A DNA stretch of 64,000 bases from Nitrospirota bacterium (GTDB lineage Bacteria; Nitrospirota; Thermodesulfovibrionia; Thermodesulfovibrionales; SM23-35), in NCBI GenBank assembly GCA_014859105.1, contig JACUUX010000002.1:34118-98117 (forward strand). The letters run 5' to 3'. Below, piece after piece: positions 18,930 through 28,497 of this stretch. Numbering within the stretch: the stretch's first letter is position 1; every line of letters begins with the position of its first letter. The notes beneath the pieces were generated by a model that searched no databases, was not told the origin of the DNA, and saw only the letters and a list, made by a program, of their open reading frames with translations. The position numbers were made by a program, and so were the translations under genes.

Positions 18930-19664
18930 ATGGACAGCTCAAAAATCAAAAAAATACTTGAATCAGTAAAGGCAGGGAAATTGAGTATCCAGGCTGCTTT
19001 TAATGATTTAAAACACCTTCCTTATGAAGACCTCCACTTTGCTAAAATTGATCATCACAGGTATTTACGACAGGGTATCCCTGAGGTTATCTTTGCTGAA
19101 GGTAAAAAAATAGAAGATGTACTGAGGGTGGCAGGTTCTATTTATGTAAAAAACAAAAAATTATTAATCACGAGGGCATCTAAAAAAATATATAACAGAT
19201 TAAATATCAAAGATGCAAAATTCTATCCCATGTCCGGAACTATATCAGTAAATAAAGAAAAGAAGAAAACCGGTTATGTATTAATACTTTCTGCGGGGAC
19301 TTCTGATATCCCTGTTGCTGAAGAGGCTTCTGTTACAGCATCATTTCTTGGTAGCCGGGTGGAAACTGTTTATGATGTTGGTGTAGCCGGGATCCACAGG
19401 CTCATGGATACAAAGAAATCGCTTATTTCGGCAAAAGTAATCGTAGTTGTGGCAGGCATGGAAGGTGCCCTTCCATCAGTTGTTGGTGGACTCGTTGATA
19501 AACCAATAATCGGTGTCCCGACATCTGTCGGATACGGGACCAGTTTAGGCGGTCTGACAGCACTATTTGCCATGCTCAACTCATGCGTGCCAGGGATTGC
19601 GGTAATGAACATTGACAACGGCTTCGGAGCCGGTTGCCTTGCACATAAAATAAATGTTTTATAA
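18930..19664 (+). CDS. larB: LarB-type (PurE-like) nickel-pincer cofactor biosynthesis carboxylase/hydrolase
   Basis: 244 aa. N-terminal about 110 aa include KIDHHR..RQGIPEVIFAEGK. The AIR-carboxylase-like domain follows: ILSAGTSDIPVAEEA...VGVAGIHR...VVAGMEGALPSVVGGL...IGVPTSVGYG. Confidence 0.75.
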   Translation: MDSSKIKKILESVKAGKLSIQAAFNDLKHLPYEDLHFAKIDHHRYLRQGIPEVIFAEGKKIEDVLRVAGSIYVKNKKLLITRASKKIYNRLNIKDAKFYPMSGTISVNKEKKKTGYVLILSAGTSDIPVAEEASVTASFLGSRVETVYDVGVAGIHRLMDTKKSLISAKVIVVVAGMEGALPSVVGGLVDKPIIGVPTSVGYGTSLGGLTALFAMLNSCVPGIAVMNIDNGFGAGCLAHKINVL

Positions 19665-19711
19665 AAGGTTGCTAAGTTGACTTTGATTTCAACCGTAATC
19701 TATACTTAATG

Positions 19712-19818
19712 TAAGCCCTGGGGGAGGCTGAAAGGCCTGAGAGGTGCGATACTGTATCGTAATTTTGTCGTACGACCCCGCGAACCTGATACGGATAATG
19801 CCGGCGTAGGGAATGGGA
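19712..19818 (+). promoter_or_regulatory. TPP (THI-box) riboswitch upstream of thiC
   Basis: Conserved CTGAGA at 19737-42. ACCTGATACGGATAATGCCGGCGTAGGGAA at 19784-19813. P1 candidates ccct/aggg. Confidence 0.85.
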
Positions 19819-19826
19819 AGGAACAG

Positions 19827-19856
19827 ACCGTATCCTTCAGGGATACGGTTTTTTTG
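19827..19856 (+). terminator. Intrinsic terminator serving as the riboswitch expression platform
   Basis: accgtatcc-ttcag-ggatacggt followed by tttttttg. Confidence 0.8.
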
Positions 19857-19946
19857 TTTTTTATGAGATGGTGTTGCTTTAATATCTGCAGTTCTTACAG
19901 CAAGAAATATTAAAGAGACCGCAAAGGAATTTATGAGGTTATTAAG

Positions 19947-21233
19947 ATGACAAGAATAGAAGTTACAAAAAAGGGGATTATAACAGATGAAGTAAAGGAA
20001 GTTGCGATTTCTGAGGGAATAAAGCCTGAAAGACTTGCTTCTGACATCGCAAGAGGTGTAACTGTTATTGCCAGAAATCAAATTCATAAAATAAAGCCGA
20101 TCGGCATCGGCAATGGGCTTAGAACAAAAGTAAATGCGAACATAGGAACATCGAAAGACAGGGCTTCTCTCGACGAAGAAATAGATAAACTTGACATTAT
20201 AGTGAAATATGGTGCAGATGCTGTCATGGATCTTTCAACAGGAGGATCAATTAAGGAAATAAGAAGTCTTCTCTTAAGAAAATCTACTATCCCGGTTGGT
20301 ACAGTGCCTATATACGAGGCGGCAATTATGGCTGCTGAAACTCATGGCACAATCTCGAAGATGACGCCTGATGATATTTTCAATATAATAAAGAGTCATG
20401 CTGAAGAAGGTATTGATTTTGTTACAGTCCACTGTGGTGTTACACGTAGAGCTATCGAGCGGCTCAGGGATGAAGGAAGGATCCTTGATATAGTCAGTCG
20501 TGGTGGTTCATTTATTCTCGAATGGATGATATACAACGACAGGGAGAATCCACTTTATGAATATTATGACAGACTCCTTGAGATCGCAGAAAGGTATGAT
20601 TTGACCTTGAGTCTCGGTGACGGACTGCGTCCTGGCTGTCTTGAAGACTCAACAGACAGGAGCCAGATTGAGGAACTATTGACCATCGGGGAATTGAGAG
20701 ACAGGGCACTTGATGAAGGTGTTCAGACAATTATTGAAGGTCCGGGACATGTGCCTTTGAATCAGATAGAATTGAACATTAAAATCCAAAAAGAAATATG
20801 TAAAGGTGCCCCTTTCTATGTGCTTGGTCCTCTTGTAACTGATATTGCCATGGGATATGACCATATAGCGGCAGCTATAGGAGGTGCTATTGCTGGTGCT
20901 GCAGGTGCTGATTTTCTCTGTTATGTTACCCCTGCAGAGCATATAAGGCTTCCGAATATTGAGGATGTAAAAGAAGGGGTTATTGCTTCAAAAATTGCAG
21001 CTCATGCTGCGGATATCGCCAAGGGGGTCATCGGTGCAATTGAGCTTGATAGAGAGATGGCAAGGTGCAGAAAAAAACTTGATTGGAATGGTCAGATTGA
21101 ATTAAGCTTTGATCCTGAAAAAATAAGGAAGTGGCGTTCAGAGGTTCCTCCAGCCGAACAGAATGTTTGCAGTATGTGCGGAGAGTTTTGCGCTATTAAG
21201 ACAGTTGAGAGAGCGTTAAAGAAAAGGAAATAA
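19947..21233 (+). CDS. thiC: Phosphomethylpyrimidine synthase (short-form ThiC)
   Basis: 428 aa. NANIGTS, DAVMDLSTGG, VPIY, FVTVHCG, GDGLRPG and EGPGHVP. C-terminal CSMCGEFCA cluster motif. Confidence 0.93.
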   Translation: MTRIEVTKKGIITDEVKEVAISEGIKPERLASDIARGVTVIARNQIHKIKPIGIGNGLRTKVNANIGTSKDRASLDEEIDKLDIIVKYGADAVMDLSTGGSIKEIRSLLLRKSTIPVGTVPIYEAAIMAAETHGTISKMTPDDIFNIIKSHAEEGIDFVTVHCGVTRRAIERLRDEGRILDIVSRGGSFILEWMIYNDRENPLYEYYDRLLEIAERYDLTLSLGDGLRPGCLEDSTDRSQIEELLTIGELRDRALDEGVQTIIEGPGHVPLNQIELNIKIQKEICKGAPFYVLGPLVTDIAMGYDHIAAAIGGAIAGAAGADFLCYVTPAEHIRLPNIEDVKEGVIASKIAAHAADIAKGVIGAIELDREMARCRKKLDWNGQIELSFDPEKIRKWRSEVPPAEQNVCSMCGEFCAIKTVERALKKRK

Positions 21234-21245
21234 CAATTAATCAGT

Positions 21246-21322
21246 AATCCCCCTACATCCCCCTTTAAAAAAGGGGGAATTTATGAATACCCCTCTTTTA
21301 TAAAGAGGGGCAAGGGGAGATT
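21246..21322. repeat. Family B palindromic element plus a second CCCCTCTTT/AAAGAGGGG hairpin
   Basis: aatccccctacatccccctttaaaaaagggggaatt followed by acccctcttttataaagaggggcaaggggagatt. Confidence 0.75.
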
Positions 21323-21336
21323 ACTAAATTATTTTT

Positions 21337-22098
21337 ATGAAAACAGCGCTAACTATAGCAGGTTCTGACCCCACAGGGGGGGCAGGACTGCAGGCAGATT
21401 TAAAGGTTTTCAGGGCTTACAATATACACGGACTTTCTGTGGTTTCTGCGCTTACCGCACAGAATACAGAAAGTGTTTATTCTATCACTCCAGTTGATAA
21501 GGAGAATATCGAAAAGCAGCTTACAGTACTTCTTTCTGATATAAAACCCGATGCATTCAAAATAGGGATGCTTTATAGCAAATGGGCTGTTGAAACTGTT
21601 TCCGAAAATATAAAGATATATTCACTAAGTAATCTTGTAATCGACCCTGTAAGCGTTTCTTCATCAGGCATAAGTCTTCTTGATAACGGAACATTCGATT
21701 TAATCAAAAACCTCCTCTTCCCTTTCTCGCGGGTAATAACTCCAAATATATACGAATCATCCGTTCTGACCGGGGTTGTTGTTGAGAACGTAGACGGCAT
21801 GGAACAAGCTGCCAGAGCGTTAAAGAAGATGGGGCCGGAGATTGTTGTTATTACCGGAGGACATCTTGATGAAATAGCAATAGATCTCTATTATGATGGT
21901 GAATTTCATCTGCTCGAAAGTGAAAAGATAAAAGGTGAATATCATGGCACCGGATGTGCATTTTCCGCCTCTGTCACAGCACTTCTTGCCCTTGGCCATG
22001 CACCCCTCGAATGTGTCAGAAGGTCGAAAGAATTTGTTAACAATGCGATTAAAAAGGCCTATCATCCCGGCAGGGGGATGAGCCTGCTGAATTTATAA
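21337..22098 (+). CDS. thiD: Hydroxymethylpyrimidine/phosphomethylpyrimidine kinase
   Basis: ALTIAGSDPTGGAGLQADLK, KIGML, VIDPV, ITPN and GTGCAFSA. Confidence 0.92.
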   Translation: MKTALTIAGSDPTGGAGLQADLKVFRAYNIHGLSVVSALTAQNTESVYSITPVDKENIEKQLTVLLSDIKPDAFKIGMLYSKWAVETVSENIKIYSLSNLVIDPVSVSSSGISLLDNGTFDLIKNLLFPFSRVITPNIYESSVLTGVVVENVDGMEQAARALKKMGPEIVVITGGHLDEIAIDLYYDGEFHLLESEKIKGEYHGTGCAFSASVTALLALGHAPLECVRRSKEFVNNAIKKAYHPGRGMSLLNL

Positions 22099-22102
22099 GA
22101 AT

Positions 22103-23467
22103 ATGCCAAAGGTTAAAACCATCTTTCAGTGTCAGGCATGCGGATATATAAGTCCGAAGTGGCTTGGAAGATGTCCTGATTGCGGAGCATGGAACAGTCT
22201 TGTAGAAGAAAAAAGAGAGATCGTTGGACGCCAATCATCGCTCATCTCCTGTAAAAGTAAATCAGAACCGCAGCCTTTAAGCGAAGTTAAAAGACAAAGC
22301 GAGCAAAGGATGTCCACAGAGATGAAAGAGCTTGACAGGGTTCTGGGCGGTGGTGTTGTCCACGGTTCTGTGGTACTGATAGGTGGAGACCCCGGCATAG
22401 GGAAATCTACTTTACTCTTACAGGCGATGGCGGGTCTCTGTAAAAAATATGGCAAAGTGCTTTATGTGTCGGGCGAAGAGTCTTCTGAACAGATTAAAAT
22501 CAGGGCTGATAGATTATCAGTGAATTCTGAGGAGATAATATTACTTTCAGAAACTTCTGTTGAAGGTATTATTAATACAGCATCAAAAATTATCCCTAAA
22601 GTAATGGTCATAGATTCTGTTCAGACTGTATATACCGAAGGGCTTGTTTCTGCACCCGGTTCTGTAAGCCAGGTAAGAGAGGCTGCTGCAAAATTGATGT
22701 TTTTTGCTAAAAAGTCGGATATCCCTGTATTTCTCGTGGGACATGTCACAAAGGAAGGTGCTATAGCCGGGCCACGTGTCCTTGAACATATAGTTGATAC
22801 GGTCCTTTATTTCGAAGGAAACGGAGGGCATTCCTACCGTATACTGAGGACTGTAAAAAACCGATTTGGTTCAGCTAATGAGATAGGGATATTCGAGATG
22901 TCTGACTCGGGACTGCTGGAAGTTGATAATCCGTCAGAATTGTTCCTTCTTGAAAGGCCTCTTAATGTTTCCGGGTCTGTTGTGGTAGCGAGCCTTGAGG
23001 GAACAAGGCCATTAATGGTGGAGATTCAATCGCTCGTATCACAGACAAATTTTGGTATGCCCCGAAGGACATCGATTGGTGTTGACTTTAACAGGGTAAA
23101 CCTTCTCGTGGCAGTGCTTGAAAAAAGGGTAGGCCTTCATCTCGGGGGAATGGATATTTTTGTGAATGTAGTCGGAGGACTGAGGATAATAGAACCAGCT
23201 GTTGACCTTGGTATCATCATTGCAATATCATCTTCTTTAAAGGATACGCCGGTAGATCCGAAAATCTTTGTATTCGGTGAAGTTGGCCTTTCCGGTGAGA
23301 TAAGGGCAGTCACCCAGGCAGAGGCAAGGATAAAAGAGGCATCAAAAATAGGTTTTAAAAAAGCTGTTATGTCAGCCGGCAACTCTGAAAATATAAAGAA
23401 TGACTTCGGACTTGAAATAACAGGAGTACAAAATGTTGAAGACTGTCTTGAGGCTGTTTTTTCTTAG
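22103..23467 (+). CDS. radA: DNA repair protein RadA/Sms
   Basis: Zinc finger CQACGY...CPDCGAWN. Walker A GGDPGIGKSTL. KNRFG motif. Lon-protease-like C-terminal domain. Confidence 0.95.
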   Translation: MPKVKTIFQCQACGYISPKWLGRCPDCGAWNSLVEEKREIVGRQSSLISCKSKSEPQPLSEVKRQSEQRMSTEMKELDRVLGGGVVHGSVVLIGGDPGIGKSTLLLQAMAGLCKKYGKVLYVSGEESSEQIKIRADRLSVNSEEIILLSETSVEGIINTASKIIPKVMVIDSVQTVYTEGLVSAPGSVSQVREAAAKLMFFAKKSDIPVFLVGHVTKEGAIAGPRVLEHIVDTVLYFEGNGGHSYRILRTVKNRFGSANEIGIFEMSDSGLLEVDNPSELFLLERPLNVSGSVVVASLEGTRPLMVEIQSLVSQTNFGMPRRTSIGVDFNRVNLLVAVLEKRVGLHLGGMDIFVNVVGGLRIIEPAVDLGIIIAISSSLKDTPVDPKIFVFGEVGLSGEIRAVTQAEARIKEASKIGFKKAVMSAGNSENIKNDFGLEITGVQNVEDCLEAVFS

Positions 23468-24062
23468 TATTGTCTTTTTTTTATTGTCCTGTGCACCCCG
23501 GAAAGTTGAAATGCCGGTTTACGAAGATATTGATGTGAGAGATGTGATTTATTCAAAAAATAATATCTCAGCGATAGAATCCAGATTTTCGATAACTTTT
23601 GAAAGAGACGATACAGAGTTAAAAGGAGACGGGATTCTGAATGTATCAAGAAATGGCGATCTTAATCTTCGCATATATTCTTTCGGTTTTCTTGCTTTCG
23701 AACTTATATCGGAAAACGGAATCGTAAAGAATACTCCTGCAATCGACAGGAACAAAGCTGCAATATTCGCATATGGCCTGAGGGATTGTTTTTTCTGGTG
23801 GGATCTGAATGATTTCGAAGTAGAGGAGCAGGAGGACAGCTATATTATTCAAAATTTATCAAGAAAGTTATGGGTAAACAGAAAAACGATATCCCCGGTG
23901 AAGCAGATAATTTTTCTGCAGGATGGAAGGAAACTCGATATTTATTATAATGACCCAAGGCAGGAGAATGAAATATGGTATCCTTCGAGAATAAGGATCG
24001 AGCACGCGAGGTCTTCTGTAACTTTAAAAATTAAAGATATATCATTTATCCCTGGTGTTTAA
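23433..24062 (+). CDS. Putative lipoprotein (LolB/DUF4292-like, tentative)
   Basis: Signal peptide with lipobox FFLLSC. 209 aa, beta-rich. The function assignment is only a resemblance. Confidence 0.55.
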   Translation: MLKTVLRLFFLSIVFFLLSCAPRKVEMPVYEDIDVRDVIYSKNNISAIESRFSITFERDDTELKGDGILNVSRNGDLNLRIYSFGFLAFELISENGIVKNTPAIDRNKAAIFAYGLRDCFFWWDLNDFEVEEQEDSYIIQNLSRKLWVNRKTISPVKQIIFLQDGRKLDIYYNDPRQENEIWYPSRIRIEHARSSVTLKIKDISFIPGV

Positions 24063-24866
24063 TCCAAGGTCTACCGCAACAGTCTTTATTGTCGAGCCAT
24101 CTATCGTATTTGATCTTGAAAGGTAACCTTCAAGAAGTGCATTATCACAAACGGTATTAATAAGCCTCGGAACCCCATCTGTATATTGATAGATGAACTC
24201 TATTGCCTCCGGTGAAAATATTTCCTTACCGGAACCTGCAACCTTAAGTCTGTGCTTGATGTAATCTCTCGTGTCTTCTTCGGAGAATTCCTTTAACCTT
24301 ATTTTGACGGCTACCCTCTGCTTTAGTGGTTCATCAAGTGAAAGAACGTCTTCAAGCTCTGGCAGCCCGTAAAAAACGAAATTAAGCAGTTTACCATCAG
24401 TCGACTCCATATTTAAAAGTCCCCTGAATTCCTCCATAATCTCCTTTGAATTCAGCATCTGCACTTCATCTATCATTACTATTGCTTTTTTGCCATCTTC
24501 ATTTATTTCAGCAAGCCGTCTGTAAATCTGGGACAGAAGTTCTACTTTGTCCTCTTTTAATTCTCTGACACCGAGTTGTATTGCGAATTTTCTGAAGAGC
24601 CATTCCGAACTTACACTTGAATGGACTACAACGAGAAGGGCTGCTTCGTATTCATTCTCATCGAGTTCTTCAAGAAACCTTCTTGCAAGGGTTGTCTTGC
24701 CGGTTCCTATTCCACCAATTACAACAGCGAGTCCTTTTCTTGTGTCCACTGCATATTTTAGTTTTACAAGTGAGTCTGAATGCTGGCGGCTGCTATAATA
24801 AAATCGACTGTTAACAACATTAGAGAACGGGTGTTCCTTGAGGCCATAATATTCTAAATAATCCAT
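24042..24866 (-). CDS. ExeA/GspA-like AAA ATPase
   Basis: YYGLKEHPFS....RFYY.S..H...L..L.Y.....G..V..GGIGTGKTTL (Walker A). IDEVQ (Walker B). 274 aa. Confidence 0.8.
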   Translation of the reverse strand: MDYLEYYGLKEHPFSNVVNSRFYYSSRQHSDSLVKLKYAVDTRKGLAVVIGGIGTGKTTLARRFLEELDENEYEAALLVVVHSSVSSEWLFRKFAIQLGVRELKEDKVELLSQIYRRLAEINEDGKKAIVMIDEVQMLNSKEIMEEFRGLLNMESTDGKLLNFVFYGLPELEDVLSLDEPLKQRVAVKIRLKEFSEEDTRDYIKHRLKVAGSGKEIFSPEAIEFIYQYTDGVPRLINTVCDNALLEGYLSRSNTIDGSTIKTVAVDLGLNTRDK

Positions 24867-27143
24867 TTATATGTAGGATACTCTGTCCTTCCTGTCCTTG
24901 GGCTTTTTTTGTTCAGCACTTTCACCGACCATTGCCCTGAGCTGGTTTATCTTATCAGAAACGGCTCTGAATTTGGAATTCCATCCATAAACTTCTGTGT
25001 AATAATCGAGTGCCTCTTTAATATTGCCATTTTTTTCATAGGCCTCAGCAAGGTCGTATTTCATTGCCAGGTAAGATTCCCCTCTGTCTTCCATCTTTGT
25101 AACAGCAGTTTTTAAAACATCGATAGCAAGGGAATAGATGCCCTTTTCTGTATAACATACACCAAGCATATTAGAGGACGAAACGAATTTTTTGGGGTCT
25201 TTTATGGATGACTGGAATTCTCGTATAGCGTCGTCAATCAAGCCCATTTCCTTGTAGGCTATCCCGAGATTGTAATGTGTTTCGTAATCCTCTTCTTCGA
25301 GCTCTTTTTCGAGTCCTTTTTTGAATTCATTGAATATATCCAGAACATCGCTGTCGAGCGCGGGTTCCGCAATCTCTTCTGCCTCCACAAACTCTTCCTG
25401 TGTAATAAAGGGCTCCTCTTTTTCTTCTTTAATCTCTTCGGTTTTTTCTTCAGCCTCTATCATCTGGCCGAGTGAAGCAAGTTTTTGTCTTATTTCCTCA
25501 TTTTCAGGAAAAATGTTTTGCAGCCTTTCTAAAATCTCCCGTGCCTCATCGATCAGCCCCTGCCTTGAATAAAAATCTGCTTCTGCAATTTCTTCACTGT
25601 AATCCTCTATAGACGGCCCTTGGGGGGGGGCAACAGGAATTTCTTCTTCATGAACAGCGGGTATTTCTCTGTCGATCAGCCTGGGGTCTTCGGGAAATAT
25701 CTCATATACTTCTTTGATCATTTGATCACTTTTCTCGATATCTCCAGTTTTTTTATAGAGTTCATCCAGAATCAGACACTCCGAAACTGCCTGTTCTTTT
25801 TCGCCTGTCTTAATGTATAAGGACTTAAGTCTCTGATGGAGGTCTATGTTCTCAGGGTCTTTCAGTTTTAAAGCATCCAGGAGATTCTTTGCATTCTCAT
25901 AAAGTCCATACTTTATATATATGTCTGCATCAGCGATGACTTCATCAATTGTCTTTTCAGCATCTATCGATATAGATTCCAGACCGACTTCTCTCTCGAG
26001 CTCGACCACTTTAGAACTTAACGATTCATCATCAGGTGACATCTTAAATGCTTCTTTATAGCAGTTAAGTGCTTCCCTCTGTTTACCCCTTTCAAAATAG
26101 ATATCTCCGAGAACAGTTAGCTCACGAATTATCTGGGGATGTTCACCGAGTTGCATATAAAGTGAAACGAGCCTTTTCCCTGTTTCGATAGGGTCTACAT
26201 CCTTAAAAGACTCGAGAAGTTCGATAGCATCATCATACTTCTCATCGAGTAAAATTTCATCAAGGACAGGTAAATATTCTGTCCATGCCTTCTCTCTATC
26301 ACCCTCTTTTATGTATATATCGCCAAGAAGCCTTCTTGACTTGAGGTTGGCCGGCTCTATCTCTGTAGCTCTCCTGAGATATTCCCTTGCCTCATCGAAC
26401 CTTTCAGCGATTATATTAATCTCCGCACATCTTATCAGTATATCTAAATCCTCGGGGAATAAATTAACAGCATCTTCAACCTGTTCGGTCGCCTGTTCAA
26501 GATTACCTGTTATCTCATATAAGTTGATGATTCCCATAATAGCCTCTTTTTTTACAGGCTGGATATCAAGTACCTTCCTGAAGTATTCTATGGACTTTTC
26601 TATTTCCTGTTTGTCGACATAGAGATTAGCAATATGGAGGTATTCATTTGCAGCTTCTGACCTCAGACCTTCTTTGATATATACTTCTGCAACCTTATTT
26701 CTTAAAGGAAGATTACCCGGGGACAGGTCAACTATTTTATTGTAAATTTCAAATATTTTTTCTTTTTTGCCTTCTTTGGAAAGACTGTCAGCAGCCGCAA
26801 GATAAAATTTTATTGCATCTTTGATAAGTCCTTTCCCTTCGTTGAGTTCACCGAGAGAGAGTAGTGAGACGGTATCTGAAGATTTTATATTCAGGATTTT
26901 TTTATACAGTGCTAATGCCTTGACAGAAAAACCTTCCTGTCTGAAGATATGTGCTGATTTATGGAATAAATCGATAGCGTTATCCCTGTCTCCCTTTTTG
27001 ATATAAAGGTCTCCGATTGTGTTAAGGGTATTAGCGTCAGGATGTTCCTTAACTAATTTTTCCCACTCGGCGATAGCCTTATCAATCTGCCCGCGGGCGA
27101 GAAATTTCTGAGCTTCTTTTATGATAGCCGCTTTATCTGACAT
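24867..27143 (-). CDS. Large cytoplasmic TPR-repeat protein
   Basis: 758 aa with many 34-residue A..Y...L....P....A...LG..Y repeats. Acidic central linker. No signal peptide. Its stop abuts the ExeA-like start, so the two look like an operon. Confidence 0.8.
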   Translation of the reverse strand: MSDKAAIIKEAQKFLARGQIDKAIAEWEKLVKEHPDANTLNTIGDLYIKKGDRDNAIDLFHKSAHIFRQEGFSVKALALYKKILNIKSSDTVSLLSLGELNEGKGLIKDAIKFYLAAADSLSKEGKKEKIFEIYNKIVDLSPGNLPLRNKVAEVYIKEGLRSEAANEYLHIANLYVDKQEIEKSIEYFRKVLDIQPVKKEAIMGIINLYEITGNLEQATEQVEDAVNLFPEDLDILIRCAEINIIAERFDEAREYLRRATEIEPANLKSRRLLGDIYIKEGDREKAWTEYLPVLDEILLDEKYDDAIELLESFKDVDPIETGKRLVSLYMQLGEHPQIIRELTVLGDIYFERGKQREALNCYKEAFKMSPDDESLSSKVVELEREVGLESISIDAEKTIDEVIADADIYIKYGLYENAKNLLDALKLKDPENIDLHQRLKSLYIKTGEKEQAVSECLILDELYKKTGDIEKSDQMIKEVYEIFPEDPRLIDREIPAVHEEEIPVAPPQGPSIEDYSEEIAEADFYSRQGLIDEAREILERLQNIFPENEEIRQKLASLGQMIEAEEKTEEIKEEKEEPFITQEEFVEAEEIAEPALDSDVLDIFNEFKKGLEKELEEEDYETHYNLGIAYKEMGLIDDAIREFQSSIKDPKKFVSSSNMLGVCYTEKGIYSLAIDVLKTAVTKMEDRGESYLAMKYDLAEAYEKNGNIKEALDYYTEVYGWNSKFRAVSDKINQLRAMVGESAEQKKPKDRKDRVSYI

Positions 27144-27240
27144 TTTGAGTATTATTCAAAGTATCACAATTAGCCGATACTGTCAACAAGACCATGCTTA
27201 TATTTTAGCATTTTAAAGATGAAGTGGATAGCGATAATTT

Positions 27241-27277
27241 TGTCATGCTGCCCTGAATCAAGTTCAGGGATGCTGTA
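27241..27277. repeat. Family A-variant hairpin
   Basis: tgtcatgctgccctgaatcaagttcagggatgctgta. Confidence 0.6.
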
Positions 27278-27387
27278 TCTGCCAATTGTTTACGTACAAA
27301 ATTGTTTTTGTATTGACAAAAATGTAAGGATAATTTTAAAATAAGCATACGGTAACCGATTACCTACAAAAGGATAAATACATAGGA

Positions 27388-28497
27388 ATGTGCAGACTGG
27401 CCGCAATAACATCAAGAAAATACTTTTCACCTCTGGAAAATATCCTTGCCCTTGAGACAATGAAAGAAGGTCACGACGGGTCAGGTCTTGGCCTGACACT
27501 TAAAGACCTCGGTGGCGAATTTGAAGATCTTAAAGGATACCCTATTCTTTCGGGTATATGCTCTAAAGAGGGGGCCAGAACACTCGATGCATTTATGGAT
27601 AAAGCGGGTTTTAAATTGAAACATGTCTGGGCACCAAAAATAAAACTATTAAAAGGCATAACGCCCCGAGATCATTATTTTGCAAGGGTATATGATTATC
27701 CAAAATCATATAAAAACAAAACAATCAAAGAAAAAGAAGATCTCCTGATGAATATGCGCCTTGCACTCAGAAAGATCGGCGAACCTGACGAATCAATTTT
27801 TGTTTTTTCATTCTATCCTGATGTAATCACGCTGAAAGAAGTTGGTGACCCGCTTCAACTTGCCGAATTTTTTAACCTTGATAAAGCCAACCTTAAGGCG
27901 AAAATCATTTTTGCACAGGGCAGGCAGAACACAAACTATACAATCTATCTTTACACATGCCATCCTTTTTTTATACAGGGATATTGTTCCATGACAAATG
28001 GTGAGAACACAGCATTTGTTCCTATAAGGGAATTTTTAATGAGCAGAAAGTTCCCTGGTTATATCGGTTATAACAGTGACAGCGAGGTATTTACTCATAT
28101 CCTTCACTACACAGCACGTCAACTGGGGTTACCGCTGACTTATTATAAGGATGTAATCACACCACTTAAAGAATCAGAAATCAAATTCAGGGGAGACAGG
28201 GAAGCACTGAGATTTCTCAGGCAGTCCCTGAGGCCCCTCTGCATAGACGGGCCCAATGTTGTTATCGGATTTACTCCTGATGGAAGATGTTTCATGGTTC
28301 ATGACTCCAAGAAATTGAGGCCCGGTGTTGTTGGAGGGATAAAGGGTAAATTTGCATTAATGTCTGAGGAATGTGGACTTGACAGAGCAATATCTGAGAG
28401 GGACAGGTCAAAGGACATATTTCCGATGAAATACGATATGGTGATCGTACAACCTCAGGCAGAGGAGGTGGAGGTATGGAATCAGCTACAAAATTAG
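27388..28497 (+). CDS. Glutamate synthase, stand-alone class-II (Ntn) glutamine amidotransferase subunit (archaeal-type GltB domain 1)
   Basis: Starts MC, so Cys2 is the Ntn nucleophile. MCRLAAI...GHDGSGLG. 369 aa. The following genes encode the FMN and GXGXG domains. Confidence 0.75.
   Translation: MCRLAAITSRKYFSPLENILALETMKEGHDGSGLGLTLKDLGGEFEDLKGYPILSGICSKEGARTLDAFMDKAGFKLKHVWAPKIKLLKGITPRDHYFARVYDYPKSYKNKTIKEKEDLLMNMRLALRKIGEPDESIFVFSFYPDVITLKEVGDPLQLAEFFNLDKANLKAKIIFAQGRQNTNYTIYLYTCHPFFIQGYCSMTNGENTAFVPIREFLMSRKFPGYIGYNSDSEVFTHILHYTARQLGLPLTYYKDVITPLKESEIKFRGDREALRFLRQSLRPLCIDGPNVVIGFTPDGRCFMVHDSKKLRPGVVGGIKGKFALMSEECGLDRAISERDRSKDIFPMKYDMVIVQPQAEEVEVWNQLQN

Noticed and set aside
27296-27360. 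Sigma-70 promoter call for the glutamate synthase operon (TTGACA at about 27322)
   Set aside because: A good -35 hexamer exists, but the candidate -10 hexamers (TAAAAT, ATAATT) sit at spacings of about 14 or 19 nt. In AT-rich DNA this is too ambiguous to report as a feature.
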